A DNA stretch of 64,000 nucleotides from assembly GCF_009834535.1 (NCBI RefSeq), contig NC_045697.1:79424001-79488000 (forward strand). Direction: 5' to 3'. The stretch comes from Camelus ferus (Eukaryota). This document shows, one piece after another, positions 50,821 through 64,000 of the stretch. The position numbers were made by a program, and so were the translations under genes. Position 1 is the stretch's first letter; each line of letters begins with the position of its first letter. Under the pieces are notes generated by a model. That model ran no database searches, was not told the origin of the DNA, and saw only the letters and a list, made by a program, of their open reading frames with translations.

Positions 50821-51700
50821 AGTCATTATGGAAAACAGTATGGAGATTCCTCAAAAAACTAAAAATAGATTTACTATATGATCCAGCAATCCCATTCCTG
50901 GACATGTATCCAGAGGGGACTCTAATTCAAAAAGATATATACACCCCAGTCTGTAAAGCAGCACTATATACAATAGCCAAGACAAGCCATGGAGACAACC
51001 TAAATGTCTATCGACAGATGACTGGATAAAGAAGTTGTGGTATATTTATACAGTGGAATACTACACAGCCTTAAAAAAGAATAAAATAATGCCATGCGGA
51101 GAGAGGTTTAGCTCCAGTGGTAGAGTGCATGCTTAGTATGCAAAAGGTCCTGGGTTCAACCCCCAGTACCTCCATTAAATAAATAAATAAACAAACCTAA
51201 TTACCAGCCCCCCACAAAGCAAAAACAAAAACAAAAAAACCCTCCAAGAATGAAATACTGCCATTTACAGCAGCATGGTTGGACCTAGAGATCATCATTC
51301 TAAGTAAGCCAGAAAGAGGAAGAAAAATACCATATGATATCACTTATATGTGGAATCTAAAAAAACAAACAAACAAACACACACACACACATGAACATTT
51401 GCAAAACAGAAACAGACTCACAGACACAGAAAACAAACTTACGGTCATCAGAGGGGAAAGGTGGTGGGAAGGGATAAATTGGGAGTTGGAGATTTGCAGA
51501 TACACACTACTATTTATATAAAATAGATAAACCACAAGGTCCTACTATATATAGCACAGGGAACTATATTCAGTATCTTGTAGTAACCTATAATGGAAAA
51601 GAATATGAAAAGGAATATATGTATGTATATGTATGACTAAAACATTATGCTGTACATGAGAAATTGATACAAAATTTTCAACTGATTATACTTCAATTTA
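50821..51700 (+). mobile_element. L1 3' segment (ORF2 end and 3' UTR) interrupted by a SINE
   Basis: ATGGAAAACAGTATGGAGATTCCTCAAAAAACTAAAAATAGA, ATGATCCAGCAATCCCA and 3' UTR motifs. Confidence 0.9.
51096..51245 (+). mobile_element. vic-1-type SINE nested in L1
   Basis: 19-bp target-site duplication AAGAAT(A/G)AAATA(A/C)TGCCAT. Confidence 0.88.
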
Positions 51701-51719
51701 AATATATGCATATACACTA

Positions 51720-52085
51720 TGTTGGATTATGATACATACTGTGGAGAAAAATGAAGCCAGGAAGGGTTTGCTTCATTGAGAAGATGACATTTGAGCAAAT
51801 AGCCTGAAGGATGTGAGATAGGGAGAATATAGATTTTAAATCCAGGAACATCAAATGCAAAGGCCCTGAGATGGGAGTGTGAATCAGATGTTGAAGACAA
51901 CAGGAAGGCCAGCATGGCTGGTGTGATATGAATAAGGGAAAGAGTGGTAGAATATGAAGCCAAGCAGAGCTGGAGATCAGATGATACAGGGCCTTATAGG
52001 GAAGGAGGTCACTGTAAAAAAATTTTAATTTTGATTCTAAGGGAGATGAGAAGCCACCAGAGGGTTTTGAGCAGAATGATGGATC
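51720..52085 (-). mobile_element. L2 fragment
   Basis: ATGACATTTGAGCA, AAATGCAAAGGCCCTGAG, GAGGGTTTTGAGCAG motifs. Confidence 0.65.
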
Positions 52086-53559
52086 TAAAACATCTTAAAG
52101 TACTGGCCCTTCCAGGACTACAAAACTGTAGAGATAAAGTAATGACAATATGTAATATTACATATTATATGGTAATAGAAATAGCTATCATATATTGTAC
52201 AATTAACATGTACAGGCACTACGATAAGCATTTTACAAGGAAATTCTGAAATAGGATTTCAGGGATGGGAAGATATTTTTAGGCAAGTGGTGTCTTCTTT
52301 CTGAAATCACCTCATTTTTCCTCTTTCCCTGGAAACAGACAAGATCAGCCAAGCAGTGCCCTGAATTTTGCTGGTGATGTGAGAATGAAACTATTCTTTT
52401 AGTGATGAGAGGTAAAATAAGAAATCAGGAGAAAAGTTTCAAATTACATTGCTCCAGAAATGTTATTCTTACTGTAAACCCCTCATTAGAGGGAGACTCA
52501 TCATTGCTAACTCATCATAGAAGAAGCGCTGACCAACTCTTAGCACTTTGTATCCATTTAATGCTATGTGCACGGCTCTTTCCTCTTGGATCCTAAGTTC
52601 TTTCTAGGGTGAAGCAGGAAGATTATTTCTCTTCTCTTCCCTTTCTAAATTCTCTGCCTGAACCAGATTTATATTGAGAGTCCCTGAAGCTGATGGCTAA
52701 TGGAAAGTCCTATGTAACTTTGCCGTCAATTCAGTAATGTAGGCTCTATGACAACATGCTGGAAAATTCCTGAGTGTGTGTCCTCCTGACCACTCTTAAA
52801 TTCTCAGTCCCCTTCTTTTCTGACCTGAACCCAAGTAGACTCCATAATCTGGGGTATTAGAAGTGGGTGGCAGTGCTCGGCACCATTTTGCAACACAGAG
52901 GGACCAAGGAGTTTTCTTTCTCCTTCGCAAAAGTTCTCAGATAACAATGCTGGTAAAGAATTGAGCTCATGTCTATATGCGTTCATTTGTTTAATTCAGT
53001 TGCAACAAATGCATCTGAGACACCGTTCTAGCTGTGATAAGAAATAAAAGTTTAAAAAAAACTATCTGCTTGGCACTCTATTAATATTTTTGAATATATC
53101 ATTTCATTTAACACTTAAGTTTGCAGTTAGGTATTAGTAGCTCCATTTTGTCTAAGAAAATTGAACCTCAGAGAATGAAAATTACTTAATGAAGTTCCCA
53201 CAGTTAATAAGTGACAAGGTCAGGAGGAAGATTTCAAGTTTTTCTGACATCAAAGCTCATGTTTTACCATCACAAATGATAGCATTTTATAAAACAGAAT
53301 ATAAGTATCAAGGGTATAATCCATACACATTTGCATTATTTTGCGGAACATTAAACATAAGTAAACTATTTAAATACCCATGGCAAGAGATTTCTTTTAT
53401 CTTTTTTGAGGTGAGAATGTTGCCCCAACACAAGGAAGTCCCCTAAAGCAATGCTGATCATTAGCAACCCTGACAGGTCACTCAGAACCAGCCTGAATGT
53501 CATGGGTATTTGCATGTATGGTTAGTACAGGAGAGTGGAAGTTTAGGCTCACCACGTCG

Positions 53560-53669
53560 TTTTTTTTTTCTTTTTTTTATTGAAGTATAGTCAGTTTACA
53601 ATGTGGCATCAATTTCTGATGTACAGCATAATGTTTCAGTCATACATATACATACATATATTCATCTTT
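53560..53669 (-). mobile_element. Short L1 3' end
   Basis: Poly(T) then ATTGAAGTATAGTCAGTTTACAATG; ACCA(C/T)GTC flanking repeat. Confidence 0.75.
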
Positions 53670-54087
53670 AACCATGTCTTAACGTGTGTCTTGTCAAGTC
53701 AAGGACAGAAGGGAGGAGAGGGGTAAAGGGCAGGCACTGCTATCCGGCAGGAAGCCAGGTGCAAGATGAGAAGCCACAGCAGCTGAGGACCCAGGGCCTC
53801 TGAAATGCATCCTTCCTTTTTGACCTTGACTTATTTTTTCCACTTCTTTTATGTCCAGCATCAACCTTCTCTCGCTTTGTGTTTTCTGTTCCCTGAACTG
53901 AATAGGTGAGGCTTCCTAAATCCCTTTGAGAAAAACATAGCAACAATATGAAACTTCAGTTTAAGGAGGCAGGTTTTTTTTCTCCAAGATTAAAAATTAG
54001 GTTATTCTCCATTGTTGACGACAAATAACATACACAAGTGCAGGTGAGATGCAAGGGGTATATATACATTAAAAAAAAAAAGATGTA

Positions 54088-54270
54088 GGAGGAAGGGTAT
54101 AGCTCAGGGGTAGAGTACACGCCTAGCAAGCACGAAGCCCTGGGTCAATTCCCAGTACCTCCATTTAAAAATAAATATATAAACCTAATTACCTACCCCC
54201 ATTAAAAAAAAAAAACATAAAAAACAATGCAAAAAATGTTTTAAAGACTTAAAAAAAGAACTATTAAAAA
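54088..54270 (+). mobile_element. vic-1-type SINE with long A-rich tail
   Basis: Shared head and tail; AGATGTAG flanking repeat. Confidence 0.87.
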
Positions 54271-55697
54271 AAAAAAAACAGATGTAGAATGGTATATGCC
54301 AGGAATTAGCATTGTTGCTTGGATTATAGTTTTTGGATTTCTTTTTCCTTTTTTTCTTGTCTATTTCATAATGTTCTTAAGTGAATGGGTATTTTTTTAA
54401 AATAAAGATGAAGATTATATTTATTTTAAAATATGCCTATATGATGACTTACCAATATACTTAAAAATGGAAAACTAACATATACATTGGAAAGGCTGTA
54501 TAAGGACAGATGCAGCAAGAAACTGGAATTAAAGAAACTAAAAATAATAGATGAATAGTTAAGGAAAATCTGTAGAGGATTTAGCATGGAGGCTTCTGTA
54601 AGCCTACTTTTGGGGAAATCTGTTCAGTGGACCCTAATGGTATGCTAAGGGAGGACTGAAACAATGGCTTACCTTATTAAAGGTAATGGGTCAACCTTAT
54701 TAAACTCTGATGGATTGGTTAACAACAGTAAAAAACAGGTCATATTAATATCCAAGTAAATTCCACAGAACATTACAGTCATTAAAAAAGTTTGTTTATG
54801 AAAACTATTTAATTATATGGAAAAATGTTAAGTGAATAAGTTGGGATGTGAAATTGTATTTATAGGAGGAATACAAATAAGTTTTAAAAAATAAAAATAG
54901 TCTAAGTATTAAAAAAAGACTGGAAGGAAGTCAATCCATCAATAGTCTACCAGTGACTATGACTGAGGGTGGGACATGAGTAAAAGTGTTTTTCCTATGT
55001 CTATCTGTCTATATTTCTAAAAAGTTTTAAACAAGTATGTTACTTTCAAAATAAAATAAACAAAGTCATAGTAACAAAATTTTTTAAAATAACTGCATTT
55101 TCACATATTAATCAAACAATTTGAGAAAGATTTTTTGGGGGGATGTTTGACTGAAAATTTGAAAGCTTAGGCCTCCATAAAATTTTTATGTTCACCAAGT
55201 TCAGTTTAATTTTGGTCTTAGTTATGCAATATATTAATTACAGAGATATAACTGAAACAATTTTCCAGATTTTTTTCTCTCAAAGAAAATAAATCAAATA
55301 TGTAGGAATGGTCAAGAAAAGTTTGGTATATTCCTAAAGTGAAGTAAGATGTAGCCATTTAAGATAACATTTCTGCAAAACTTTGAATGACATGCTAAGG
55401 AAACTATGTTGAGTGAAAAAATATTGGGTGCAAAATTCTATACAGAGTGTGACTCCAATTACATTATGTTACATTTATCTTAGACAATATATACATTAGA
55501 AATAAAAAGACAGGAAGAAACCTTGTTAAATATTTCAAGGAAGAATATATGTTCAAATTTCAAGACTTCAGTACCTTGGTGGGAATTTTAATTTCTTTAT
55601 GTTTTCCTCTTCCTCTTAAAATATTTTCAGGGAATATTGGTTTTATAATCAGGTGAAAAAGGTATTGAAAAATATGCTTCTAAAATTCACTAGACTA

Positions 55698-55841
55698 GAG
55701 GGGAGAGTATAGCCCAGTGGTAGTGTGCATGTTTAGCATGCATTAGGTCCTGGGTTCAATCTCCAGTACCTCCACTAAGATAAATAAATAAATAAACCTA
55801 ATTAGTACCCCTGCCCCCCCCAAAAATAAATAAAATAAAAA
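55698..55841 (+). mobile_element. vic-1-type SINE
   Basis: Shared head and tail; 14-bp TAAAATTCACTAGA flanking repeat. Confidence 0.88.
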
Positions 55842-55949
55842 TAAAATTCACTAGAATGAAAGGTTTTCCTTCCCTTGCCTTTCCAGCATCCATCTCATTT
55901 ACTGGCATTCTGTTCGCTTACAGAAATACTGGATAAATAAATATATGAA

Positions 55950-56140
55950 ACTACTGTATATAAAATAGATAAACAACAAAGTCCTACTGTATAGCACAGG
56001 GAACTGTATTCAATACCTTGTAATAGCCAATTATGAAAAAGTATGAAAAGGAATATTTATATGTATGACTGAATCGCTATGCTGTACATGAAAAATTAGC
56101 ACATTCTAAATCAACTATACTTCAATAAAAATAAAAAATA
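55950..56140 (+). mobile_element. L1 3' end
   Basis: AAACAACAAAGTCCTACTGTATAGCACAGGGAACT motif and A-rich tail. Confidence 0.8.
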
Positions 56141-56269
56141 AATTTTTAAGAGTAAATAAATAAAGTGCCTTCTAAGACTGGAAAAAAATAAATATATGAA
56201 AAGATGAGTGAATGAATGAATGAAGCAATTAAGGCAAAGTCCTGTGTATTCAGACCACTTTAACTGCAA

Positions 56270-57005
56270 CCTTTTTTCCACATCTCACATCCAATCCATT
56301 CCCAGATTTTGTCAGCCTTACCTCTATAAATAACCCAAATCTGGCCTTTCTCATCACCGGTACCATCCTAGTCTAAGCTACCAAACTTGCACAACTGGGC
56401 AACTGGAATAGCCTCTTAACTGACCTACCCCCGCCCCTAGCTTTCATCCTTGCTGCCTATAATCTCTTCTCCATAAAGCAGTAAGAGTGAGACTCAGACT
56501 TTCTCACTTGTCTCCTCTAAAGCCTTCAGTGACTTTCGGTGTCAATCAAAATGAAATCAAAAGTCCTTACAGAGGCCTATCAGGCCTTCCACCCCTACCC
56601 CGCACCTCTCTAACCTTGTCATCTACCCTTGGTTACTCCATTCTGGCCACAACAATTTTTCGCGCCTGCCTTAGGCCCTTTGCACCTGCCTTTCTCTCTG
56701 CCTGGAGTGCTCATCCCCAAAATAACTGCAAACCTTGCTTCATCACTTCATTTAGGTCCCTGTATAAATGTCAGCATATCAAAGAGGACTTCCCAGATTC
56801 TCATACTAAAAATAGCACCATCTCCATCCATCACTCTCCTCTCATTCTCGGTGCCTTTACTCTGCTTTGTTTTCTTCATAGCTCCTTTGACCACCTGAAA
56901 TGATACATATTCATTGTCACATCTATCTCCCCTCCCATCTCTCTGGCTAGAACATAGGCTCCATTGAAGCAAGGGATTTTCTTGTTGGTTTTTCACTGCT
57001 GTACA
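56270..57005 (+). mobile_element. L2 fragment
   Basis: CACATCCAATCC, GGCCCTTTGCACCTGC...TCTGCCTGGAGTGCT, CTAGAACATAGGCTCC motifs. Confidence 0.7.
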
Positions 57006-57930
57006 CAAAACTAATTTTTTTTGAAAATTAAAACACAGTTACTAACTGTCAAAAGATTAATGGTATGTTCCCTTCTCTGAATTATCTCAAAGATTTATAA
57101 TAAGGGCACCTTAAACTCATTTCTTCCTTAACTTCAATTTTGAAAGCTGAAAGTTTCTAAAATATACTAGTACTGAACTGTACAGTGAGAATTACTACAC
57201 ATCTGGCATAAAAGGTACTATACTGTACCGTGTGTACCAAATTAGGAATAGTTTTGGTTTATTGCATCAAAATTTAAAATATGTTGGTTAATATTAATTT
57301 ATGTTAAAAATGATATATAGCTTATGATAGAAGAAATATGGCAACAGTTATTGCTTGATATTTTTCTGACATTGTGTCTCTATGAAAATGACTGCTGGGG
57401 ACCTGAAACTTGATGTCAACCTCCTTGCTACAGATTGTCTTAACAACTACCTGGAAATACTGGTTCCACAGAGCATGCTCCAAACAGTTGTCTCAGGCAA
57501 TTTAGATGCACTGAATATTATGATCCTTCTTAATGTACATATTCTGAGATAGTTTAGCTCCTCACAGGCTTTGTGATCTTGGCCAAAGGACTTAATCTCT
57601 CTAAACTGCAGTATCTTTGTCTGTAACATGGGGATAATATTAGCGGGCAGCTAATAGGCTTATTATGGAAATTAAATCAGTTAATATCTATTAAGTACTT
57701 CAGGAGGCAGCGGCGGTGCAGGAAAGGGACATGTTATTAGTGAACAGACAGAAAAAGACCAAAGGATCCACATTCACTGAATTTGTGCTACTACTATGTG
57801 CCCGGAAGCATTCAGTACTTTGTGCAGATTTAGAGCCCAGTGGGAAGAGCTTGTGCCCTGCGACTGGACCACCTGGTTCTAACCCTGCCTCTAATAATAT
57901 CAGAGTGATCTTGGGCAACTTGCTTCAAGG

Positions 57931-58228
57931 AGAGCTGTTCCATGGAAGCATAATATAAGACATACAAGTAATTTAAAATTTTCTACTAGCCATGTTAAAG
58001 TTAAACAAGTGAAATCAATTTAATAACGTATGTCACTTATGCCAATATACACAAAATGTTATGCAATCAATGTGAGCTACTATTAATGAGATAGCTTACA
58101 GTCTTTTAATTTGTGCTAAGTCTTTGAACTCTCACGTGTGCTTCACCCCGACATCTCAGTTCAGGCAAGCTACATTTCAAGTGCTCAACTGCCACATGGG
58201 CTCGTGGCTATTGTGTTGAATAATGCAG
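57931..58228. mobile_element. MER33/MER3-like hAT-Charlie element
   Basis: TAATTTAAAATTTTCTACTAGCCA and CTACATTTCAAGTGCTCAACTGCCACATG motifs. Confidence 0.7.
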
Positions 58229-58283
58229 GCTTAAACTTCTGCCCCAGTGTTCCTATGTGCAGTGTAAGAACAGTACGGTCTCG

Positions 58284-58571
58284 AGGGTGGGTAGGAGGGT
58301 GAAATGGGTGAAGGGGGTCAAAAGGTACGAACTCCCAGTTATAAAATAAGTAAATCATGGTGACTATAGTTAATAATACTGTATTGCATATTTGAAAGTT
58401 GCCAAGAGAGTAAATCTTAACAATTATCACAAGAAAAAGAAATTTTGTTACTATGTATAGTGATGGATGTTAACTAAACTTACTGTGGTGATCATTTTGC
58501 AACATGTAAAAATATTGATCATTTGTTGTACACCTCAAACTAATATGTCAATAATAGCTCACTAAAAAAAA
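58284..58571 (+). mobile_element. L1MA-like 3' end
   Basis: GGTCAAAAGGTAC...ATGGTGACTATAGTTAATAATACTGTATTG...poly(A). Confidence 0.8.
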
Positions 58572-59859
58572 ATGAAGATAACATAAAAAAACAGTACCTG
58601 TCTCATGTGATTAAATGAATTAATATATATAAAATGCTTAGTAGATTCAGAATTTAAAAAGCAAAACCCTCTCCAGGAATGGCCTGGTGGTCTGCAGGGG
58701 AAGAGGAGCTTTTTGCCACTCAAATAGAGTAGAGGAGAGGAGATCTCTGGGCTAGAGGCTGAGTAAGGCTGTAATCGTAAATTAGCAAAGGTCACCAAAT
58801 TGCTTGAAAGAGACACTGATAGCGTACATTTGAAAGGGATTACAAGATTTGCCCAGTAAATCATTAATGATCTGTCATTTTGCTAAGACTATAGCTCTCT
58901 TTTTCTAATTACTGATGTATACCCTTATCTTATTTTGCAGGTGCTCTTTTTTGTAAGAGAAAATGCCAAATAGGCAAATGCTCTTAAATTATAATCTTTA
59001 AAATTTTTTTCATTTTACTATGGTAAGTCCACTTGAGAGCTACTCTCTTAAAAAGTGTTTAAGTATACAGTACTGTTGACTATTTAAATTATTATCTTAA
59101 TCTATTTGCAAACAGCTCACTAAGAAGAATGTTTTTATCTCCATTTTTCAGGCTAGGGATCTTATGGGCGAAATCAAAGGAGAATAGCGAAGTTACCCAA
59201 AGGTCACCCAGAGAATGAGGAAGGATTTGGGTGTAGATTTATCTGTTTCCAAAGCTCATGCTTTTTTCATTTCATTGCATACTGAAGAGTACTATAGATT
59301 GTGCCAGATATTTAAATCAAATTGATTTTGTGATCTGACTTTTCACAAACTGTATCTTACCACTATTTCCCAAATAGGTACATGTTCAAATATTAATTTT
59401 TATTTGTGGAATTTGAGTTTTTGAAATGATACTAAGTCTTACACATTAAAACCATTCCTATCCAGAGCCCAGAGAATCATGAAGTAAGGAAGTATTATGA
59501 GTAGGCAAAAATAGTTGTCATTAAGTTCACTGACCTAGAGTTCATGACCGTTCACACAACAGTCTTCAAGACCTAACTCTGAATATGTTTGTATTTTGCA
59601 TATAGTTACAGGAATTTCTACGATAGGTCTTCCAAACTTGTAACAGATCAGAATGGCGATGTAGAACAGATGCCTCAGGTGACATGTCAATAACAGTAAT
59701 AATTTCATGTCAGCAAGGAAGGAAACAGAAACATATAGAAGAAAACTTAAGTACTTCAAAGACTAGTAAAAAGGAGGCATTTTGAAGGGTCAAACAGTCT
59801 TAGTATTTTTTTCAGAAGGTAGGGAGGTTGTAATATACCTTAGAAATTTTTCTGCATAA

Positions 59860-59987
59860 TTTTTTTCCTTTTTGAGGGGAGGTAACTAGGTTTTTTGTTT
59901 ATTTATTTTAATGGAGGTGTTGAGGACTGAACCCAGGACCTCTTGCATGCTAAGCACACACTCTACCACTGAGCTATACCCTTCCCC
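59860..59987 (-). mobile_element. vic-1-type SINE
   Basis: Reverse-complement head and tail; GAAATTTTT...CATAA flanking repeat. Confidence 0.87.
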
Positions 59988-62164
59988 TGAAATTTTTTTA
60001 CATAAAATGACTAATATAAAAATATTTTTGGTGCTTATAAGGAACACTATCAGCTATCCTTAAAACTCCCTATCCATCCATCCGTCCACCCACTGGACAC
60101 TGGATTCAAACTGAATCCAGCATCCAGTGAGTTTACATTCAAATCAGGAGGAGAGACACATAAATCGTCACCACATTATGATAATGTAATATAATGTCTG
60201 GCACACGGTAGACACTCAAATATTTGTTGAGTGAATGAATGAATGAATATCATAGGTAAAATGAGAGCATAAGACAGAGGAATTTAAGTAAGACTGATGT
60301 GTGGGTGGGGGTTGTAGAATCCCAAAGAAGGAACTTAAGCTGGGTTTTAAAGAAGGGAAGAGCATTTGAGTCATAGGGAGCAGGATGTCTGAAGGCGGGA
60401 CAGTGGAAACTGTGTACTGTGCAATGTGTATAAATGGTAAATGAGGATACAAGAGCCACAGGCAGGGACCAGACTGGGAAGAGTTGTGTGCATTGAACTA
60501 AAGGGTTTAGATTTTTTTCCTGAATACTATGCAGAACCTTTGAAGGAGTGGAAGCACGAGTGCCCCCAGATTAGACATTTGTTTTAGGAAGATCATTCCG
60601 GGATAGATCACAGGATCAGTGTTGGAGAGATCAGGAAAAAAAAAAGAGCAGAGCCTGAAACGAGATTGTGATAACAGTGAAGAAAGAGAAAGGGACTGAT
60701 TGAAAAGAAATTGGTATGAAGAAAATTTAATGACTGATGTGGGGTAATTGGAGGAAGAGAGGAAGGAGGTTGTGATAGTTGCTGAATTTCTGGTTTTCAC
60801 TATGAGTACACAGAGATGCAGTCAAAATGGTTGTGGACATCCTGAGTTAGAGATGCTGACTCTGAATAGTTGACCTATAAAGGATGTTTTATCCTCATTC
60901 TGGTCTTTCAGTATTATTTTTCTCCGCATTCCCTTTTGCACTGTTAAAAAAATGCATAGAAGTGAAGAAACTATTTCAAGGACACAAACTGAAATTTGCT
61001 TGCATGTCATTGAAAAAAATAGATATTAATCTTAAAAGCTAACGTATAAGCACTTTTTGCAGAAAAGGAAAATAATTGTTTAGTTTGGGGATCTAGACAT
61101 TATTGTCTTTGTCACTGAAATAAACTACTCTCCATTTCTTTCCTGTTTTTTTGATCTATTTTTACAAAGTCACATTTATGTGCCATCTGCAAACCAATGA
61201 AATTTGCTATTCAAATTTTCCTAGTTGCCTATGAATATTCTACTTCTATTTACAGATCCTTAGATCACATTTTAATTGATAGAAAACATAAAAGGTCAAA
61301 GGCACGTTTCTCCATCTATAAACCTATGTCTAACTTGATTTCCTGTACTTGTAGTCCCTCCATGACCTCACCGAGAACTAACATCTCTAAGGAAAGAAAT
61401 CCTATCATACAGAAGAATTCTCATGTATTTGTACAATTGTTTTCTATCCTAGTTTCCTCTTTTAGAACAGTGCCTTTTGACAGAGTGCTATTTCACTGTT
61501 TCTGAAACACTTTATATAGCTGTTTGAGCACATGTGAGATTAAATGTGTCCTAAATTTGTAGTTTTCCTCCATCTTCCTTTTCCTTCCCAGTTTCCTAAC
61601 TGCTCTGATGGGCGATATTATCTTAATACAGTAAGCTACTCCCTGTTCTTCACCAGAAAGTTGTTTCAAACACTAGCATGAGTCCATAGAAGGGTACTTA
61701 CTTACCCGTTTGACCTACTCAGATAGCTGGTTTTCACTTGGCTCTTCATGTACCAGGCATTCTGCCCTGGATGAACTGGAAAATATCCCAGTGGAGAAGA
61801 AGGTCAGAAGTCTTCTGGGTTTCCTTCAACCTAAGGTTACTGTTTTTGCCTCTACAAATTAAATTAAAATTAAATTAATTTAAATTAAATTATGTCGGCC
61901 AAATGATAAAACGCATATGAATGCAATGGTATTTTTGAACATTTACACATTTCCTATTAGAAAGACTGTCCTGGGCCTCACCCGGAACCATATTCATAAA
62001 GTTACCAGTGCACCCCTCGAAGCAGACTGGCCTATATTAATTTCATAACACCGTCCTTAACTTTTAGAGTCACTTATATTTGATTTCTTAAAATGTGTTG
62101 TGATAGAAAATGCTGCGGTATCTGATAAAACCTCACTGCTTATGGTATTAAGATTCTAAACTCT

Positions 62165-62703
62165 CTGCAATAAAAAGTAATGAACCATTGATGCACGCAA
62201 CAACTTAATGGGGAATTTAACAGAAAATTAAATCTCAAAAGGTGACATACTTTGTGATTCCATTTATATAACATTTTTGAACTGACAACGTATTTAGATA
62301 TACAGGACAGATTATTGATTACCAGGGGTTGAGAAGTGGGTGTCTATAAAAGGGCAGCATCAAGGATCTTTGTGGTGCTGGAACTGTCTGATGTCTTCTC
62401 TGTGATGGTGGCTTCTGAATCAACATAGGTGATAAAATTGTATAGAATTTAACACACACCTACCCCTGCCTACACACACACACACACACATACGAGTGTA
62501 AATAACACTGGGGAAATCTGAATAGAATTGGTAAATTGTACCAAAGTCAATCTCCTGGTTGTGATATAATTAAACTATAACTTAGTAAAATGTTACCATG
62601 GGGGGCACCTGGGCAACGTGTACAAGGGGTCTTGCTGTATTATTTCTTAACAACTGCAAGTGAATCTACAATTACCTCAGTAAAAACTACAATTTAATAA
62701 AAA
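62165..62703 (+). mobile_element. L1MC-like 3' end
   Basis: TGATTCCATTTATATAACATT, CTGGGGAAATCTGAATA, TGCAAGTGAATCTACAATTACCTC motifs. Confidence 0.75.
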
Positions 62704-64000
62704 GTAATGTCAAGAAATCCATAGTTTGATTATACCAATATAGGCTCATCTCTTATATATATTATTATATATTTGTTATATAAGTTGTTTGTAGGCATCA
62801 AGTATTATAGGAAAATTAAAAAAAAAAAGATGAATATGTACTTATATGGAAACATGCTATATTGCAAAGTGAAAAAAAAGTAGGATGCATAACACAATCC
62901 CCATATTATATCTTTGCAGAGATGTGTGCTAAGAGCTGTGGAAGGACAAGTAAGAAACAGTTTATGGTACTTTACTGCTAGGACTAGAATAATGGGGAAC
63001 AGAGGACTCTTGTTTGTCACTTTATGTAATTCTGCAGTGTTTGTATGTTTACCATGAGCAGGTATTACCTTTATGATTAGTATTTTACCAAAAAGATTAT
63101 AGCTCAATAATTCTTTAAAGTCTTAATAAGAGTTTGTGAAATACTGAGCTATACTTGTCAATATGAGAGTCAAAAACACCTGGAATAACTTTAAGAAATA
63201 CGGTATCAATATGTTGTCAACTGAAAACCAATGTGTTCTTCAAAACTTGCCTCTCTACACTCCCTATCATTTTGAAGAAGCCAAACATGACTTGACAATG
63301 AGAAAAATAATCCTTTCTTAAAGAATTTAAGAAAAAAAAAAGTCCATGTAAAAAAAGTCCATTTCTAGTGTTTTTTTCTATTTCTGGTAACTTCTTCAAA
63401 TCATCAACAATCATCATTTATTTCATGCCTACTATTTGTAGAATATGTGCTCAGTTCTGAGAATAAAAGCAAACCTATGACATAGCCTCTGACTTCAAGA
63501 TGTTAATGACATAGCTCTGGGTAATAGAGTATATACATAAAATTTAGACAACTGTTCAATAAGTGTTGTATGTAAGTATTATGTATGTAAGAGTTACAAG
63601 GTTGCTACAGAGAGTAACTGCTAATAAATGATCAGAGGATGAGGTAGTTACAGAAGACTAGGGAAATCCAGTAATACTTTTGCTAGAAGGCTGAAATAAA
63701 TGTGGCGATTTATTTAAGAATGAGTAGACCAGTTCAGCTTTAAAAAGGTTTATATAGAGAAAAGATAGGAAAGAAAATTGGAGAGAAGCAGAGCAGTCCT
63801 GATGTGTAGTCTTCAATGCCAGCTTCCAAACATTCAGTCTAAATTTAATATGAAATAGAACTTGGAGCAAGAGCTCTGTAAGCTAGAATATCTGAATTTC
63901 AGTCTATTGATGTGTTTTGTGCCACTGAAACTCCTGTCCTTTTAGTTGATTAGTTTTAAGATTGTTTTGGACCTTATGTATATTGGTTTAATATGTTTAT

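Noticed and set aside
37200..64000. Many 60-138 aa ORFs in the right-hand third of the window
   Set aside because: They fall in L1, L2, MIR or SINE remnants or low-complexity DNA; there is no spliceable exon chain or recognisable protein

Overview
Mammalian genomic DNA, most likely from a camelid, judged by about 10 copies of a tRNA-derived vic-1-type SINE. The window holds the 5' part of ZGRF1 on the minus strand (7 coding exons, 14919 down to 775, continuing off the left edge). ZGRF1 sits head-to-head with a complete LARP7 gene on the plus strand (12 coding exons, 24364-36161, 581 aa), sharing a CpG-island promoter at about 17.9-18.8 kb. Inside LARP7 intron 8, on the opposite strand, lies the pluripotency miR-302b/c/a/d/367 cluster with its own TATA promoter. 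The right-hand 27 kb is repeat-rich intergenic DNA with no gene I can support. The cluster itself is well known. The sequence-level observations most worth testing are: (1) a putative antisense host-gene architecture interlocked with LARP7's tiny introns; (2) a putative cassette exon whose donor sits at the base of the miR-302a hairpin; (3) five consecutive short LARP7 introns whose lengths are all multiples of 3, one of them stop-free; (4) lineage variants of miR-302a/b/d; (5) a polyadenylated LTR-like retroposon in LARP7 intron 12. Comparisons with human sequences and repeat family names are from memory, not from a database search.
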